A stretch of DNA of 60,352 nt, the filler included, from Nitrospinae bacterium RIFCSPLOWO2_12_FULL_45_22 (lineage in GTDB: Bacteria > 2-12-FULL-45-22): the NCBI GenBank assembly GCA_001803565.1. It is 8 parts of 8 records of this genome, joined end to end, with 100 filler letters (N's around TTAATTAATTAA, not from the genome) between each part and the next. Parts side by side here need not be neighbours in the genome. Positions count along the whole stretch, not along the records: positions 1 to 6,446 come from MHDQ01000184.1; positions 6,547 to 14,477 come from MHDQ01000185.1; 6 more parts are not named here. One strand, written 5' to 3'. A model generated the notes under the pieces. The model saw nothing but the letters and a program-made list of their open reading frames with translations, was not told where the DNA came from and searched no databases. The position numbers and the translations under genes are program-made. Below are positions 1 to 9,095 of this stretch, piece by piece; within the stretch, counting starts at the first letter, position 1; every line of letters begins with the position of its first letter.

Positions 1-2
1 CC

Positions 3-275
3 TTTGAATGGGATGAGGAGAAAGATAAGGAAAACCAAACTAAGCACAATGTCTCTTTTTCATTGGCTCAACAGGCGTTTCTTGATCCTCACCGTGTCAT
101 TGTCGAGGATATTAACCATAGTACAGAAGAGGAAAGATTTTACTGCATTGGCCGTGTCGGTGACGGCATAATGACCGTGAGGTTTACGTATAGGGCTAAT
201 GTTATCCGCATTTATGGTGCGGGGTATTGGAGAAAAGGGAGGAAGATTTATGAGGAGCAAAATAAAATATACTGA
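3..275 (+). CDS. BrnT-family type II toxin (5' truncated at window edge)
   Basis: Frame reads FEWDEEKDKENQTKHNVSFSLAQQAFLDP...HSTEEERFYCIG...VRFTYRANVIRI, with the typical BrnT motifs (FEWDxxK, NxxKH, EER); overlaps a downstream antitoxin. Confidence 0.9.
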   Translation, partial: FEWDEEKDKENQTKHNVSFSLAQQAFLDPHRVIVEDINHSTEEERFYCIGRVGDGIMTVRFTYRANVIRIYGAGYWRKGRKIYEEQNKIY

Positions 276-489
276 TGAACCGATGGGCGAACTGAGAGTC
301 ATTAAGGATTTTCTTCCTCCACCGGATCAGTTGGTATTGAAAGAAGAAAACGTTAAGGTAACGATCTCTTTGAAAAAATCGAGTGTTGAATTTTTTAAGA
401 AAGAGGCCAAAAAACATCATACTTCATACCAAAAAATGATTAGACAGGTTATCGATTGGTACACTTCACATTATCAAAAGAGTGCCTAA
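250..489 (+). CDS. BrnA/CopG-like antitoxin
   Basis: MRSKIKYTDEP...DFLPPP...KVTISL...FFK...YQKMIR ribbon-helix-helix-like C-terminus; overlaps the BrnT stop. Confidence 0.85.
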   Translation: MRSKIKYTDEPMGELRVIKDFLPPPDQLVLKEENVKVTISLKKSSVEFFKKEAKKHHTSYQKMIRQVIDWYTSHYQKSA

Positions 490-543
490 CAAAGCATTCC
501 AACGGATGGCATGGGACGCCACCGCTAATTTTGCATGTTAGTG
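484..543 (+). mobile_element. Integron attC-like recombination site
   Basis: GCCTAAC (R'', contains the antitoxin stop) ... TTCCAACGG / CCGCTAA inner boxes ... GTTAGTG (R'); 60-bp imperfect palindrome. Confidence 0.7.
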
Positions 544-572
544 GCTAAGAAATCGTAAATGAGAATAGAGAG

Positions 573-763
573 GTGAAGAAAATTCAAAAGAAAAGATTGT
601 ATTTAGACGTTTGCACCTTGTGCCGTCCCTTTGATGACCAGAACATGATGCGTATACGCCTTGAAACAGATGCATTCTATTTGATTCTTCGGAATATACA
701 AAATAAAACCTAGTATCAGTAATGAATCCAATAGATTTCTGCATTAGGGAGGATTTGAGATGA
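573..763 (+). pseudogene. PIN-domain toxin, internally deleted
   Basis: GTG start, KRLYLDVCTLCRPFDDQNMMRIRLETDA (PIN N-terminus), TAG at 711-713, then the C-terminal VMNPIDF remnant in another frame overlapping the next ATG. Confidence 0.7.
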
Positions 764-963
764 AGCAAGGTCAATTTATTAGCGAAGATAGACTGTTTAA
801 AAAAGCCATTGACATTCTGATGGAAAAATTGGGTCCAGTAGAGACAAATCGGTTTCTGTCCTTACCCTCGAAAGAAAGGATGGAATCGGTAAAACGACAT
901 CGAAAATGGCAGTCTAAGCTTGATAAAGACACTTTTTTCAATGAAGTTTTCGGAAATCAGTAG
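760..963 (+). CDS. Putative antitoxin partner of the PIN toxin
   Basis: 67 aa, AIDILMEKLGPVETNRFLS motif typical of small PIN-associated proteins; RBS GGAGG; followed by GCCTAAC (974-980), a possible attC half. Confidence 0.65.
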   Translation: MKQGQFISEDRLFKKAIDILMEKLGPVETNRFLSLPSKERMESVKRHRKWQSKLDKDTFFNEVFGNQ

Positions 964-1126
964 GGGCATAATGGCCTAACAACCGTTATCGGCGATGATA
1001 TTATGTGAAATATCGTCTCGAGGCAATACAAATCCTCTGACCCGAATGGTAAATTTTTTTTGAGCCTTGCGAAGGATAAAAGGGAAGTTAGGCCTAGCTC
1101 CCAGCAAGGCATCCAATATTTAATGT

Positions 1127-2041
1127 TTAGGCCTTGGGGGTAGCGCTGGCTGCTCTCTGGGCCACAAACCCTTTAAGGCCCCGGTCTCTCCTCTCTTTAT
1201 ACAAGCTGATTTCATCGGGCCGGAAGCGGATATACTGCAGCATCAGATGCGCGCCATAATGGGCCCTCATGGCAGTTCCCCAGCCATTGATGTCCAACAT
1301 ACCACTAAACCATTCCTTAGCCAGGGTAAAGACCTCCGCAGGGAGGAGGCTAAGCATCTCAGCCCAGCGATTCACTTCCTCATCCAGCTTTTCTTTAGGC
1401 ACTGCCAGGTTTACCGTACCCAATTGCTCAGCCTCTTTGCCCGAAATCTCTGGCAGCATCCGGCCGCAATAAGCCTTATTAGAGCCAATGGGATAGATGG
1501 GATAATTGTTTATCCCATTAACGAAGCGACCAAAACCCCGGGCGCCAAACTGGGCATCCTCGGCTGCGATAGTAATGTCACACATGGCGGCTACAATCTC
1601 GCCCGCACCGATGCAATAGCCATGCACCTGGGCAATAGTTGGTTTAGGGTAGTTAAAGATGTCTTCATGCTTGTTGCAGCGCCGGCGCTCGAAGCCATAA
1701 TAGTCCACCACCGTGGGATTTAAACTGGGGCTTACCGGTGGGGATTCCTCTTCTTTGGGTGAGCTAAGGTCATGCCCAGCAGAAAAATTTATCCCGGCCC
1801 CCCTTATAACCACCACCTTAACCTCAGGGTCATCATTAGCCTGGTGGAGCCCAGCCAGCATATCGCCAAACATACCATCATTATAGGCATTACGTTTTTC
1901 CGGGCGATTCAGGGTAATATAGGCTATCTTGCCTTTTTTCTCATAAAGGGCATCTTTATACTGCCTGCCCTGATACTCCATATGTTCCCATTGGCAGAAT
2001 TGGTACTGGGTCTTAAAATCCCAACCAAACCCGGTAGGCAT
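1127..2041 (-). CDS. Enoyl-CoA hydratase/isomerase (crotonase) family protein
   Basis: ITLNRPEKRNA, FSAGHDL, KPTIAQVHGYCIGAG, MCDITIAAEDAQFG. Confidence 0.9.
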   Translation of the reverse strand: MPTGFGWDFKTQYQFCQWEHMEYQGRQYKDALYEKKGKIAYITLNRPEKRNAYNDGMFGDMLAGLHQANDDPEVKVVVIRGAGINFSAGHDLSSPKEEESPPVSPSLNPTVVDYYGFERRRCNKHEDIFNYPKPTIAQVHGYCIGAGEIVAAMCDITIAAEDAQFGARGFGRFVNGINNYPIYPIGSNKAYCGRMLPEISGKEAEQLGTVNLAVPKEKLDEEVNRWAEMLSLLPAEVFTLAKEWFSGMLDINGWGTAMRAHYGAHLMLQYIRFRPDEISLYKERRDRGLKGFVAQRAASATPKA

Positions 2042-2053
2042 AATTATCCCTCC

Positions 2054-2899
2054 TTAGAAATTTAGTTTCTTGTATGGCACATCCCTCTGCTTCAGGGCCT
2101 GCTCTAGTCCCTTTTGCTCTCTTACTTTAAAGAAATCAAAATCATCCGGGCCGGGCTGGCGGCGCTGCATAGCAACCGCCATACTGTCGGTAAAGCGCCA
2201 GGCCCCACCTAATCCCCTGGACTCTATAGCGGCATTGAGGGTGTCTTTGGTTATTGCCAGGGCATCACTATGTACCAGGCTTATACCCTCAGCCAGGTTC
2301 TTGACTTCTGATTCTAGCTTTGCTAGTGGGACAACCTGATTTATCAGACCCCACTCCTCTGCCTCCCGGGCCGTGAGGTAGCGACCGGAAAAGAATATTT
2401 CTTTAGCACGTTTGATACCTAGTAACCAGAGGAGAAGGGGCATCTGGGGCAGAATGCCGGAGCGTAGTGCAGGGTCACCGAACAAGGCATCTTCTGAAGC
2501 AATAGTGATATCACAAGCTAAAGCCAGGTAAAACCCCAGGCCAGTACAATACCCATGCACCTGCGCAATAGTTGGCTTGGCAATATTAAATATATATTCC
2601 AGGCGCCGGGTCTGTCGTCTCGCATTCGTTAAAAGGGTTTTGTAAGGTAAGGCAGTGCCAGGTGGTGGCAGAAGCACCTCAGCGGTCCCTTGGGCGCTCA
2701 AGTCCTGGCCAACACTGAATGCCTTCCCTGCGCCCCTTACTACCACTACCTTGATGTCCAGGTCTGGTTCAATAGCAGCAAAGGTCTTATCCAACTCTGC
2801 TAACATAGCATCATTTATGGCATTGAGCTGATCAGGTCGGTTCAGTGTTACCCAACCTATGTTATTGGCCTTTTCATAAAGTATATGTTGAAACTCCAT
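2054..2899 (-). CDS. Enoyl-CoA hydratase/isomerase family protein
   Basis: VTLNRPDQLNAI, FSVGQDL, KPTIAQVHGYCTGLG, GLINQVVP. Confidence 0.9.
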   Translation of the reverse strand: MEFQHILYEKANNIGWVTLNRPDQLNAINDAMLAELDKTFAAIEPDLDIKVVVVRGAGKAFSVGQDLSAQGTAEVLLPPPGTALPYKTLLTNARRQTRRLEYIFNIAKPTIAQVHGYCTGLGFYLALACDITIASEDALFGDPALRSGILPQMPLLLWLLGIKRAKEIFFSGRYLTAREAEEWGLINQVVPLAKLESEVKNLAEGISLVHSDALAITKDTLNAAIESRGLGGAWRFTDSMAVAMQRRQPGPDDFDFFKVREQKGLEQALKQRDVPYKKLNF

Positions 2900-2917
2900 C
2901 TCCGCCTCCTTGTTTAG

Positions 2918-3028
2918 TTAGGTCATCAGTCACTGGTCATTGGGTCATTTGGTTACTGGGTTATTAGGTTATTGACTCATGGGAGTGACCGATACCTAAT
3001 CACGTAATGACCTAATAACCTAATGACT
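2918..3028. repeat. Palindromic array of ~8-bp units (GGTCATTA/TAATGACC type)
   Basis: Left arm of GGTCAT/GGTTAT units and right arm of TAATGACC/TAATAACC units; a related array lies at 42924-42989. Confidence 0.7.
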
Positions 3029-3911
3029 ATCTTTTGGGCATAGGGAAATGTTTTAGGAAGGGAAGGTCCCTCTGCCGGATAGCCTCTTTCATGCCTTTCT
3101 CTTCCCTGACCCGGTGGAAATCAAATCCTCCGCGATCAATATAGCTGCGGCCGGGGCGCTGGGCAGCGCTCAAGGCATGATAATTTGTGGCCAGGCGCCA
3201 GCCCGCAGCCAATCCTGCCATGTCAAAGCTAGCCCGGTCAAAGGCAAACCAGCCTACCTGCATATCAAACCCACCGATAGTGCCATACTTAGCTAAAGTA
3301 TCGGCATTGATAGCTACCTCTTCCTCCAGTTGTGCTGCTGGCAGGGACTTCATTACCAGCCCCAATCTTTCTGCCTCCCGGCCATCTATATATTTGCCGG
3401 TAAGGAGTAGTTCTTTGGCCTTCTTAAGCCCTATGCGCCATACCCATAATGGGTTGGTAGGGGATAGGCCTATCCGGATGGATGGGTCACCAAAGATACT
3501 ATTCTCAGCAGCTATAACGGTACGGCAGCACATGGCCAGGTCACAGCCCATACCCAGGCAATAGCCTTCTACCTGCGCAATGGTCCAGCGAGGGAAATCA
3601 AAGATAGCCTGCCAGCGCAAATAGCTCTTCATAGCCGCTTCATATAGGTCACTCAGGAAGGGCTTAGTATTGGGGTCGGGTGGCATTACTTCAGCAGTAT
3701 CTATTCCAGTGAGGTCTTGCCCGGCGCTGAAGTTCCCTCCTGCTCCTTTGATGATTACTACCCAGATATTGGAATCTTTTTGTAACTCTGCCAGGCCCGC
3801 TTCGATCTCCCGGAGCATGGTATCGTTTATGGCATTTAATTTCTCTGGCCGATTAAGCACCAGCCTCCCTATCTTACCCTCTTTTTCTAATTTTATGGTC
3901 TGATAAGCCAT
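3027..3911 (-). CDS. Enoyl-CoA hydratase/isomerase family protein
   Basis: LNRPEKLNAI, FSAGQDL, IAQVEGYCLGMG, AKELLLTG. Confidence 0.9.
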   Translation of the reverse strand: MAYQTIKLEKEGKIGRLVLNRPEKLNAINDTMLREIEAGLAELQKDSNIWVVIIKGAGGNFSAGQDLTGIDTAEVMPPDPNTKPFLSDLYEAAMKSYLRWQAIFDFPRWTIAQVEGYCLGMGCDLAMCCRTVIAAENSIFGDPSIRIGLSPTNPLWVWRIGLKKAKELLLTGKYIDGREAERLGLVMKSLPAAQLEEEVAINADTLAKYGTIGGFDMQVGWFAFDRASFDMAGLAAGWRLATNYHALSAAQRPGRSYIDRGGFDFHRVREEKGMKEAIRQRDLPFLKHFPMPKR

Positions 3912-3937
3912 CTTTAGCTCTCCTTAGTCTGAGTAAA

Positions 3938-4771
3938 CTATTCTTCATATACTCCCGGGAAGCTCTCTTTCCTCCTGAACTTCAGAGGATCAGGCTTTTT
4001 CTTCTCCCAGAAAGATTGCTTATAATATTTTGCCTCCTCACTTCCATAATATTTCCAGATAGCATCATACATCAGCAGTTCCAGCCCTCTTATGTCAGCG
4101 CTAACGGCATTAAAAGCGTATTTGAGGGCCCTGATAGCGCCAGGGCTCTTTGCCAGAATCTCATCACACCACTTATCTACTTCTTCTTCTAACTTGTCAG
4201 GCGGGACCACTGCATTCACCAGTCCCATTTCTAATGCCTCTTTAGCGGTATAGCGCCGACATAGATACCAGATTTCTCTCGCCTTCTTTTCTCCCACTAT
4301 CCTGGTCAAATAAGCGGCGCCATAAGCAGCATCGTAGCTCCCTACCATAGGGCCAGCTTGACCGAACTGGGCGGTCTCTGAGGCTATAGTAAGGTCACAG
4401 AGCTGGTGCAGAACCTGCCCCCCACCTATGGCAAAGCCATTTACTGCGGCAATAACAGGTTTAGGTGTCTCCCTTATAAGGGTATGAACCCGGGGAACAT
4501 TCTTGAGCATATCAGACCTATAGCCTGCCTCTGCTTCCTTGGCGTCTCCTCCGGTACAGAATGCCTTGTTACCTGCACCAGTAAGGACTACTACCCCAAT
4601 CTTATCATCCTCACCAGCATCCATCAGCGCCTCTCCTAGCTCTTTACCAGTATGGGAGGTAAAGGCATTGAAGGCTTGTGGTCTGTTTATGGTTATCCTG
4701 GCTACTCCTGGTCTCTTCTCATAGATAATATCTGTGAAATTAAATCCCGCTACTTTTTCCCACTGTGCCAT
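3938..4771 (-). CDS. MenB/BadI-like crotonase (naphthoate synthase or ring-opening hydrolase type)
   Basis: FCTGGD, VNGFAIGGGQVLHQLCDLTIAS, GQAGPMVGSYDAAYG...VGEKKAREIWYLCRRY; ATG at 4771 after AGGAGG. Confidence 0.85.
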   Translation of the reverse strand: MAQWEKVAGFNFTDIIYEKRPGVARITINRPQAFNAFTSHTGKELGEALMDAGEDDKIGVVVLTGAGNKAFCTGGDAKEAEAGYRSDMLKNVPRVHTLIRETPKPVIAAVNGFAIGGGQVLHQLCDLTIASETAQFGQAGPMVGSYDAAYGAAYLTRIVGEKKAREIWYLCRRYTAKEALEMGLVNAVVPPDKLEEEVDKWCDEILAKSPGAIRALKYAFNAVSADIRGLELLMYDAIWKYYGSEEAKYYKQSFWEKKKPDPLKFRRKESFPGVYEE

Positions 4772-5098
4772 TTTATCTAACCCTCCTTTCAAGCTTCAGC
4801 TCAAAGATTTTATCACCTCTCCTGTAAGATCACTTCTTTAAGCTACTATACCAAATACTCCACAATTAATCAATACGTAACCGTTCACTAAGAGGGAATA
4901 GTTGCCACAGAGCTTCGTGCCCTTGGTGGCAGAAAAAAGTTAAAGGGATTAACTTAGCAACTATTTTATGGTAGAATGGCTTACGAGAGATAAAACCAGG
5001 GCTATTTAGCTTGACATTGTCACATTAAAGTTGAACCTCTCATCTAAATACTTCCTATTGAGACCGGGCAATAAATAACTGAAGGGAGTTATATAAAG

Positions 5099-6446
5099 AT
5101 GTCTACTCGTCAGGAGGAACAATTTTTTAGCCTGGTTAAAGATCATGACCAGCATCATCTTCTGGAGCATTATAAAAACCTAAAACCGGAAAAACAGAAG
5201 GAATTCTTGCAGGGATTGCAAGGACTCGATTTAGGGCTCGTTTTTAGACTGCACAAAAAGTTTGTAGCCGAAGATAACGCCCCCCCTACTCTTTACAACA
5301 TTATTAAGCCCGCTCCCATAATTACTATCCCTAAAACCCCGGAGGAGAAAACCCGTCGGGAAGAAGCCCGTATCCTGGGTGAATCCCTGATTCGTGAAAA
5401 CCAGGTAGCTATCCTGATTGTTGCTGGTGGCCAGAGTACTCGACTCGGTTATAACGGACCCAAGGGCACGTTTCCCATTTCACCCATCAAGAAAAAATCT
5501 TTATTCCGGCTCTTTGCTGAAACAGTAAAAGCTCTCTCTATCAGACATAGCGCTACCATTCCTTTGTTAATTATGACCAGCAGTGAAAACCATCGAGATA
5601 CCCAGCAATTCTTTCTATCTAATCAGTTTTTTGGTCTCGATCCCGGGAGCATATGTTTTTTTGAACAAGGGGTGTTGCCTACCATAACCCCTGAGGGGAA
5701 ACTAATCTTAAAGGATGATACACACCTTCTCGCAAATCCTGATGGGCATGGCGGTTCTCTTAAGGGACTATATGAGTCTGGCCTCCTCAAATATCTTACC
5801 GAAAACGGTTTTTCAGAGCTTTTTTACTGTCAGGTTGACAATCCCCTGGTTAAAACAGCCGATCCGGTTTTTATAGGCTACCACAGGATGGAGAAGGCTG
5901 AAATTTCTACTAAGGTAGTCCGCCGTCGAGACTTTGAGGAAAAAGTTGGTATTTACGGAATCGTAAACGGCAAGCCTGCAATTATCGAATACAGCGATCT
6001 TCTACCCGATAATCAGTACGCTCTGGACGAGAAAGGAGATATGCGCTACTGGGCTGGGAATATAGCAGTTCACATGATATCCCTTTCATTTGTTCAACGT
6101 TTGAACCAAGACGGGTATGGCTTACCCTATCACCGGGCAGTCAAGACAATTGAAACCCTGGGGCCAGACGGTAAACCTGCAAAGATGATAGGATGGAAGT
6201 TCGAAACATTCGTTTTTGATGCTATTCCGTTGGCCCAAAATACCTGTTGTGTCGAGGTAATTCGTGAGGAAGAGTTTGCACCGGTTAAAAATAGTGAGGG
6301 AGTGGATTCTCCTGATACGGCAAGGACAGCCATGAATATGCTTTATAGAACTTGGTTGAAAGAAGCTGGGGCAGAACTTGCACCTGAAGCACAAATAGAG
6401 ATCAGCCCCCTTTATGCGCTGGACAAAGAAGAACTAATAAAAAAGT
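5099..6446 (+). CDS. UDPGP type 1 family (UDP-GlcNAc pyrophosphorylase-like), 3' truncated
   Basis: AGGQSTRLGYNGPKG, PDGHGG, YCQVDNPL, EKVG, IEYSD, KFETFVFD, EFAPVKN. Confidence 0.9.
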
Positions 6447-6548
6447 NNNNNNNNNNNNNNNNNNNNNNNNNNNNNNNNNNNNNNNNNNNNTTAATTAATT
6501 AANNNNNNNNNNNNNNNNNNNNNNNNNNNNNNNNNNNNNNNNNNNNAT

Positions 6549-6710
6549 CGCTATCTGGTAAAATCTGCACCCAATAGCGATATAAGAAAGGACCTGGCAA
6601 CCGTTGTCCATCAGAACCATTGGGGTCTATGGGAGCTGCGGCCTGTTTCTATGACATTAGAGGATATATTTATCAAATTAGTTACCGAAGAAGTTGAGGT
6701 GGAGCAATAG
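6549..6710 (+). CDS. ABC transporter ATPase, C-terminal fragment (GldA-like)
   Basis: Reads ...DIRKDLA...ELRPVSMTLEDIFIKLV*, directly upstream of the permease. Confidence 0.75.
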   Translation, partial: RYLVKSAPNSDIRKDLATVVHQNHWGLWELRPVSMTLEDIFIKLVTEEVEVEQ

Positions 6711-6713
6711 AAG

Positions 6714-7481
6714 ATGAATTTTTACCCTATCCTGAAGAAAGAGCTCAAATCTTATTTTGTTTCTCCGGTTGCATATATCGTAATAAGTATTTTCCTGGTG
6801 ATTTCTGGTTATTTCTTTTATAGCAGTTTTGCCTTTTATAATCTCTTAAGCATGCAAGCGGCTAGCTCACCTTATGGTCCGCATGGATTAAATATTACTG
6901 AAGGGGTGTTACGCCCTCTATTCCTGAACCTCAGTGTAGTTATGTTGCTACTCATGCCCATGCTTACTATGCGGTTGTTTGCCGAGGAGAAGAAATTGGG
7001 TACCATTGAGCTTTTATTGACTTATCCAGTAAGGGATGGTGAGATTCTGGCGGGTAAATTTGGCGCCTGCCTCCTGGTCTTTGCCTTGATGCTTGCCCTG
7101 ACCGGATTCTATCTAATCTTTTTGCTCTTATACAGCGAACCGGAATACGGCCCCATACTCTCTTGCTATTTGGGGCTGTTCCTGATGGGTACATCGTTTA
7201 TTTCCTTAGGTATATTGACTTCGTCTCTGACCGAGAATCAGATTATTGCCTCCGTAGCTACTTTTGGAGCCCTGCTACTGTTCTGGGTGGCCGGTTGGGC
7301 CTCCCATTTTGTGGCTCCCACTTTAGGTAAGGTATTTTCCCACCTTTCTATTATCGAACATTATGAAAATTTTACTAAAGGGGTTATAGAATCTAAAGAT
7401 GTGGTCTTTTATATTAACTTTTCTATCCTGTGCCTATTTCTTACCTTAAGGTCTTTAGAAGCCAAGCGGTGGAGGGGCTAG
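6714..7481 (+). CDS. ABC-2 type permease (GldF-like)
   Basis: KKELKSYFVSPVAY, LTMRLFAEEKKLGTIELLLTYP, SSLTENQIIA; multiple TM helices. Confidence 0.9.
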   Translation: MNFYPILKKELKSYFVSPVAYIVISIFLVISGYFFYSSFAFYNLLSMQAASSPYGPHGLNITEGVLRPLFLNLSVVMLLLMPMLTMRLFAEEKKLGTIELLLTYPVRDGEILAGKFGACLLVFALMLALTGFYLIFLLLYSEPEYGPILSCYLGLFLMGTSFISLGILTSSLTENQIIASVATFGALLLFWVAGWASHFVAPTLGKVFSHLSIIEHYENFTKGVIESKDVVFYINFSILCLFLTLRSLEAKRWRG

Positions 7482-7484
7482 TTG

Positions 7485-9095
7485 ATGAAAAAGGTTTGGG
7501 GTGTGTTAGGAACTGCTGGTCTAGTAGTGCTCTTTTTCGGTACCCTGGTTTATCTATTCCAGAGTCCCTTAAGACCTTACACCCCTTATCTGGTGCTGGC
7601 AGGGTCAGCTTTTTTGCTGGTCTATTTCCTGGGCAATTTTGGTCAGATAAGAAGATTTTTTGCTAAAAGATCGGCCAAGTTAGGGGTAAATACAGCACTA
7701 ATGATTTTTCTACTCCTGGCCATTATAACCCTGGTAGAGATTATATCTTACAGAAACAATAACCGGTGGGACCTGACCCAAAACCAACGTTTTACCCTGT
7801 CTCCCCAGAGTAAAAAGATCCTCCAGGGATTAAATAAGGATATTCAACTGACGGCCTTTTACCGTCCAGGTGAGCCAAATCGGGAAAAGCTGGAGGACCT
7901 CCTTAGACAATATGCTACAGTTACAGAGCGCATGAAGTACGAGTTTATTGATCCTGATAGAAGCCCGGTTAAAACCCGCCGCTACGGGGTTACTACCTAT
8001 GGCACCACGGTAGTGGAGAGTCAGGGGAGAGAAGAGAAGGTCTATACTGCTGAAGAGGAAGAGATTACTAATGCCATCCTTAAGATAAGCCGGGAAGGAA
8101 AGAAAACGATCTATTTCCTGACCGGGCATGGTGAACCAGGGATCAATGACCCGGGCAAGGATGGTTATGGTAATGCTAAAAAGGCTATTGACTCAGAGAA
8201 TTATGAAGTTAAAGAGCTACTCCTTATGCGGGAAGAGAAAGTCCCGTCAGATGCTGCAGTATTGATAATTAACGGGCCAAAGAAAGATTTATTAAGTGAT
8301 GAACTGACCAAGCTCGACAAATACATCTCTGGCGGCGGAAAGGCCCTCTGTATGCTCGACCCCTTCTCTGCCCCATCCTTATCCACTCTATTAGCCAAAT
8401 ATGGGATAATCGTAGGCAAGGACGTCATTATTGACCGGATGAGCCGGATATTCGGGGCTGATTATACTATGCCGGTAATCTCCAGCTACGAACCGCACGC
8501 TATAACCAAAGATTTTAATGTCGCCTCTTTCTTTCCTATGGCTTGCTCGGTGGAGCCAAGACTGTCACCCAATAAGGGCATTGAGCCCCAATCCCTGGCC
8601 AGGACTAGCCGCGACAGTTGGGCAGAGACCAACAAAGAGCTGCTAGATCAAGGCAGGGCTGGCTTTGATGAAGGGCAAGACAAGATGGGTCCGGTTTCTG
8701 TAGCAGTAGTTGCCACAATAGATATAGAGAAATCTAAGACTGGCCAGAGCACCGGGACCAATAAGGCTGAAGCCGGAGCCGAAGAGGGAGAGAAAGAAGG
8801 AGAAGTAGAGAAGAGCGGCCCCAAGGCTCGGCTGGTAGTTTATGGGGATTCCGATTTTGCCAATAATGCCTATGTCCATATCTCGGGCAATGGTGACTTG
8901 TTCCTCAACACTGTAAGCTGGTTGGCAGAGGAAGAAGACCTGATTTCCATTAGACCCAAGCCCCCCCAAAGTTCCTCAGTCCTCCTCACTGCTACGCAAG
9001 TAAATCTTATCTTCTGGATACCAGTAGTATTCCTGCCTGCTACAGTATTAGCAGCAGGGATTAGCGTTCTGCATCAACGCCGGAGGCTGTCCTGA
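7485..9095 (+). CDS. GldG-like ABC transporter auxiliary component
   Basis: RWDLTQNQRFTLSPQS, IYFLTGHGE, VYGDSDFANN, NGDLFLNTVSWL; N- and C-terminal TM helices. Confidence 0.9.
   Translation: MKKVWGVLGTAGLVVLFFGTLVYLFQSPLRPYTPYLVLAGSAFLLVYFLGNFGQIRRFFAKRSAKLGVNTALMIFLLLAIITLVEIISYRNNNRWDLTQNQRFTLSPQSKKILQGLNKDIQLTAFYRPGEPNREKLEDLLRQYATVTERMKYEFIDPDRSPVKTRRYGVTTYGTTVVESQGREEKVYTAEEEEITNAILKISREGKKTIYFLTGHGEPGINDPGKDGYGNAKKAIDSENYEVKELLLMREEKVPSDAAVLIINGPKKDLLSDELTKLDKYISGGGKALCMLDPFSAPSLSTLLAKYGIIVGKDVIIDRMSRIFGADYTMPVISSYEPHAITKDFNVASFFPMACSVEPRLSPNKGIEPQSLARTSRDSWAETNKELLDQGRAGFDEGQDKMGPVSVAVVATIDIEKSKTGQSTGTNKAEAGAEEGEKEGEVEKSGPKARLVVYGDSDFANNAYVHISGNGDLFLNTVSWLAEEEDLISIRPKPPQSSSVLLTATQVNLIFWIPVVFLPATVLAAGISVLHQRRRLS

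Noticed and set aside
985-1015. TTATGTGAAAT resembling a XerD arm of a dif site
   Set aside because: There is no convincing XerC arm at the correct spacing.
6447-6546. Recurrent TTAATTAATTAA flanked by N runs (also near 14522, 28640, 33802, 39001, 50080 and 55227)
   Set aside because: Artificial contig linker with stops in all frames. It is not biological, and genes across linkers are not neighbours.
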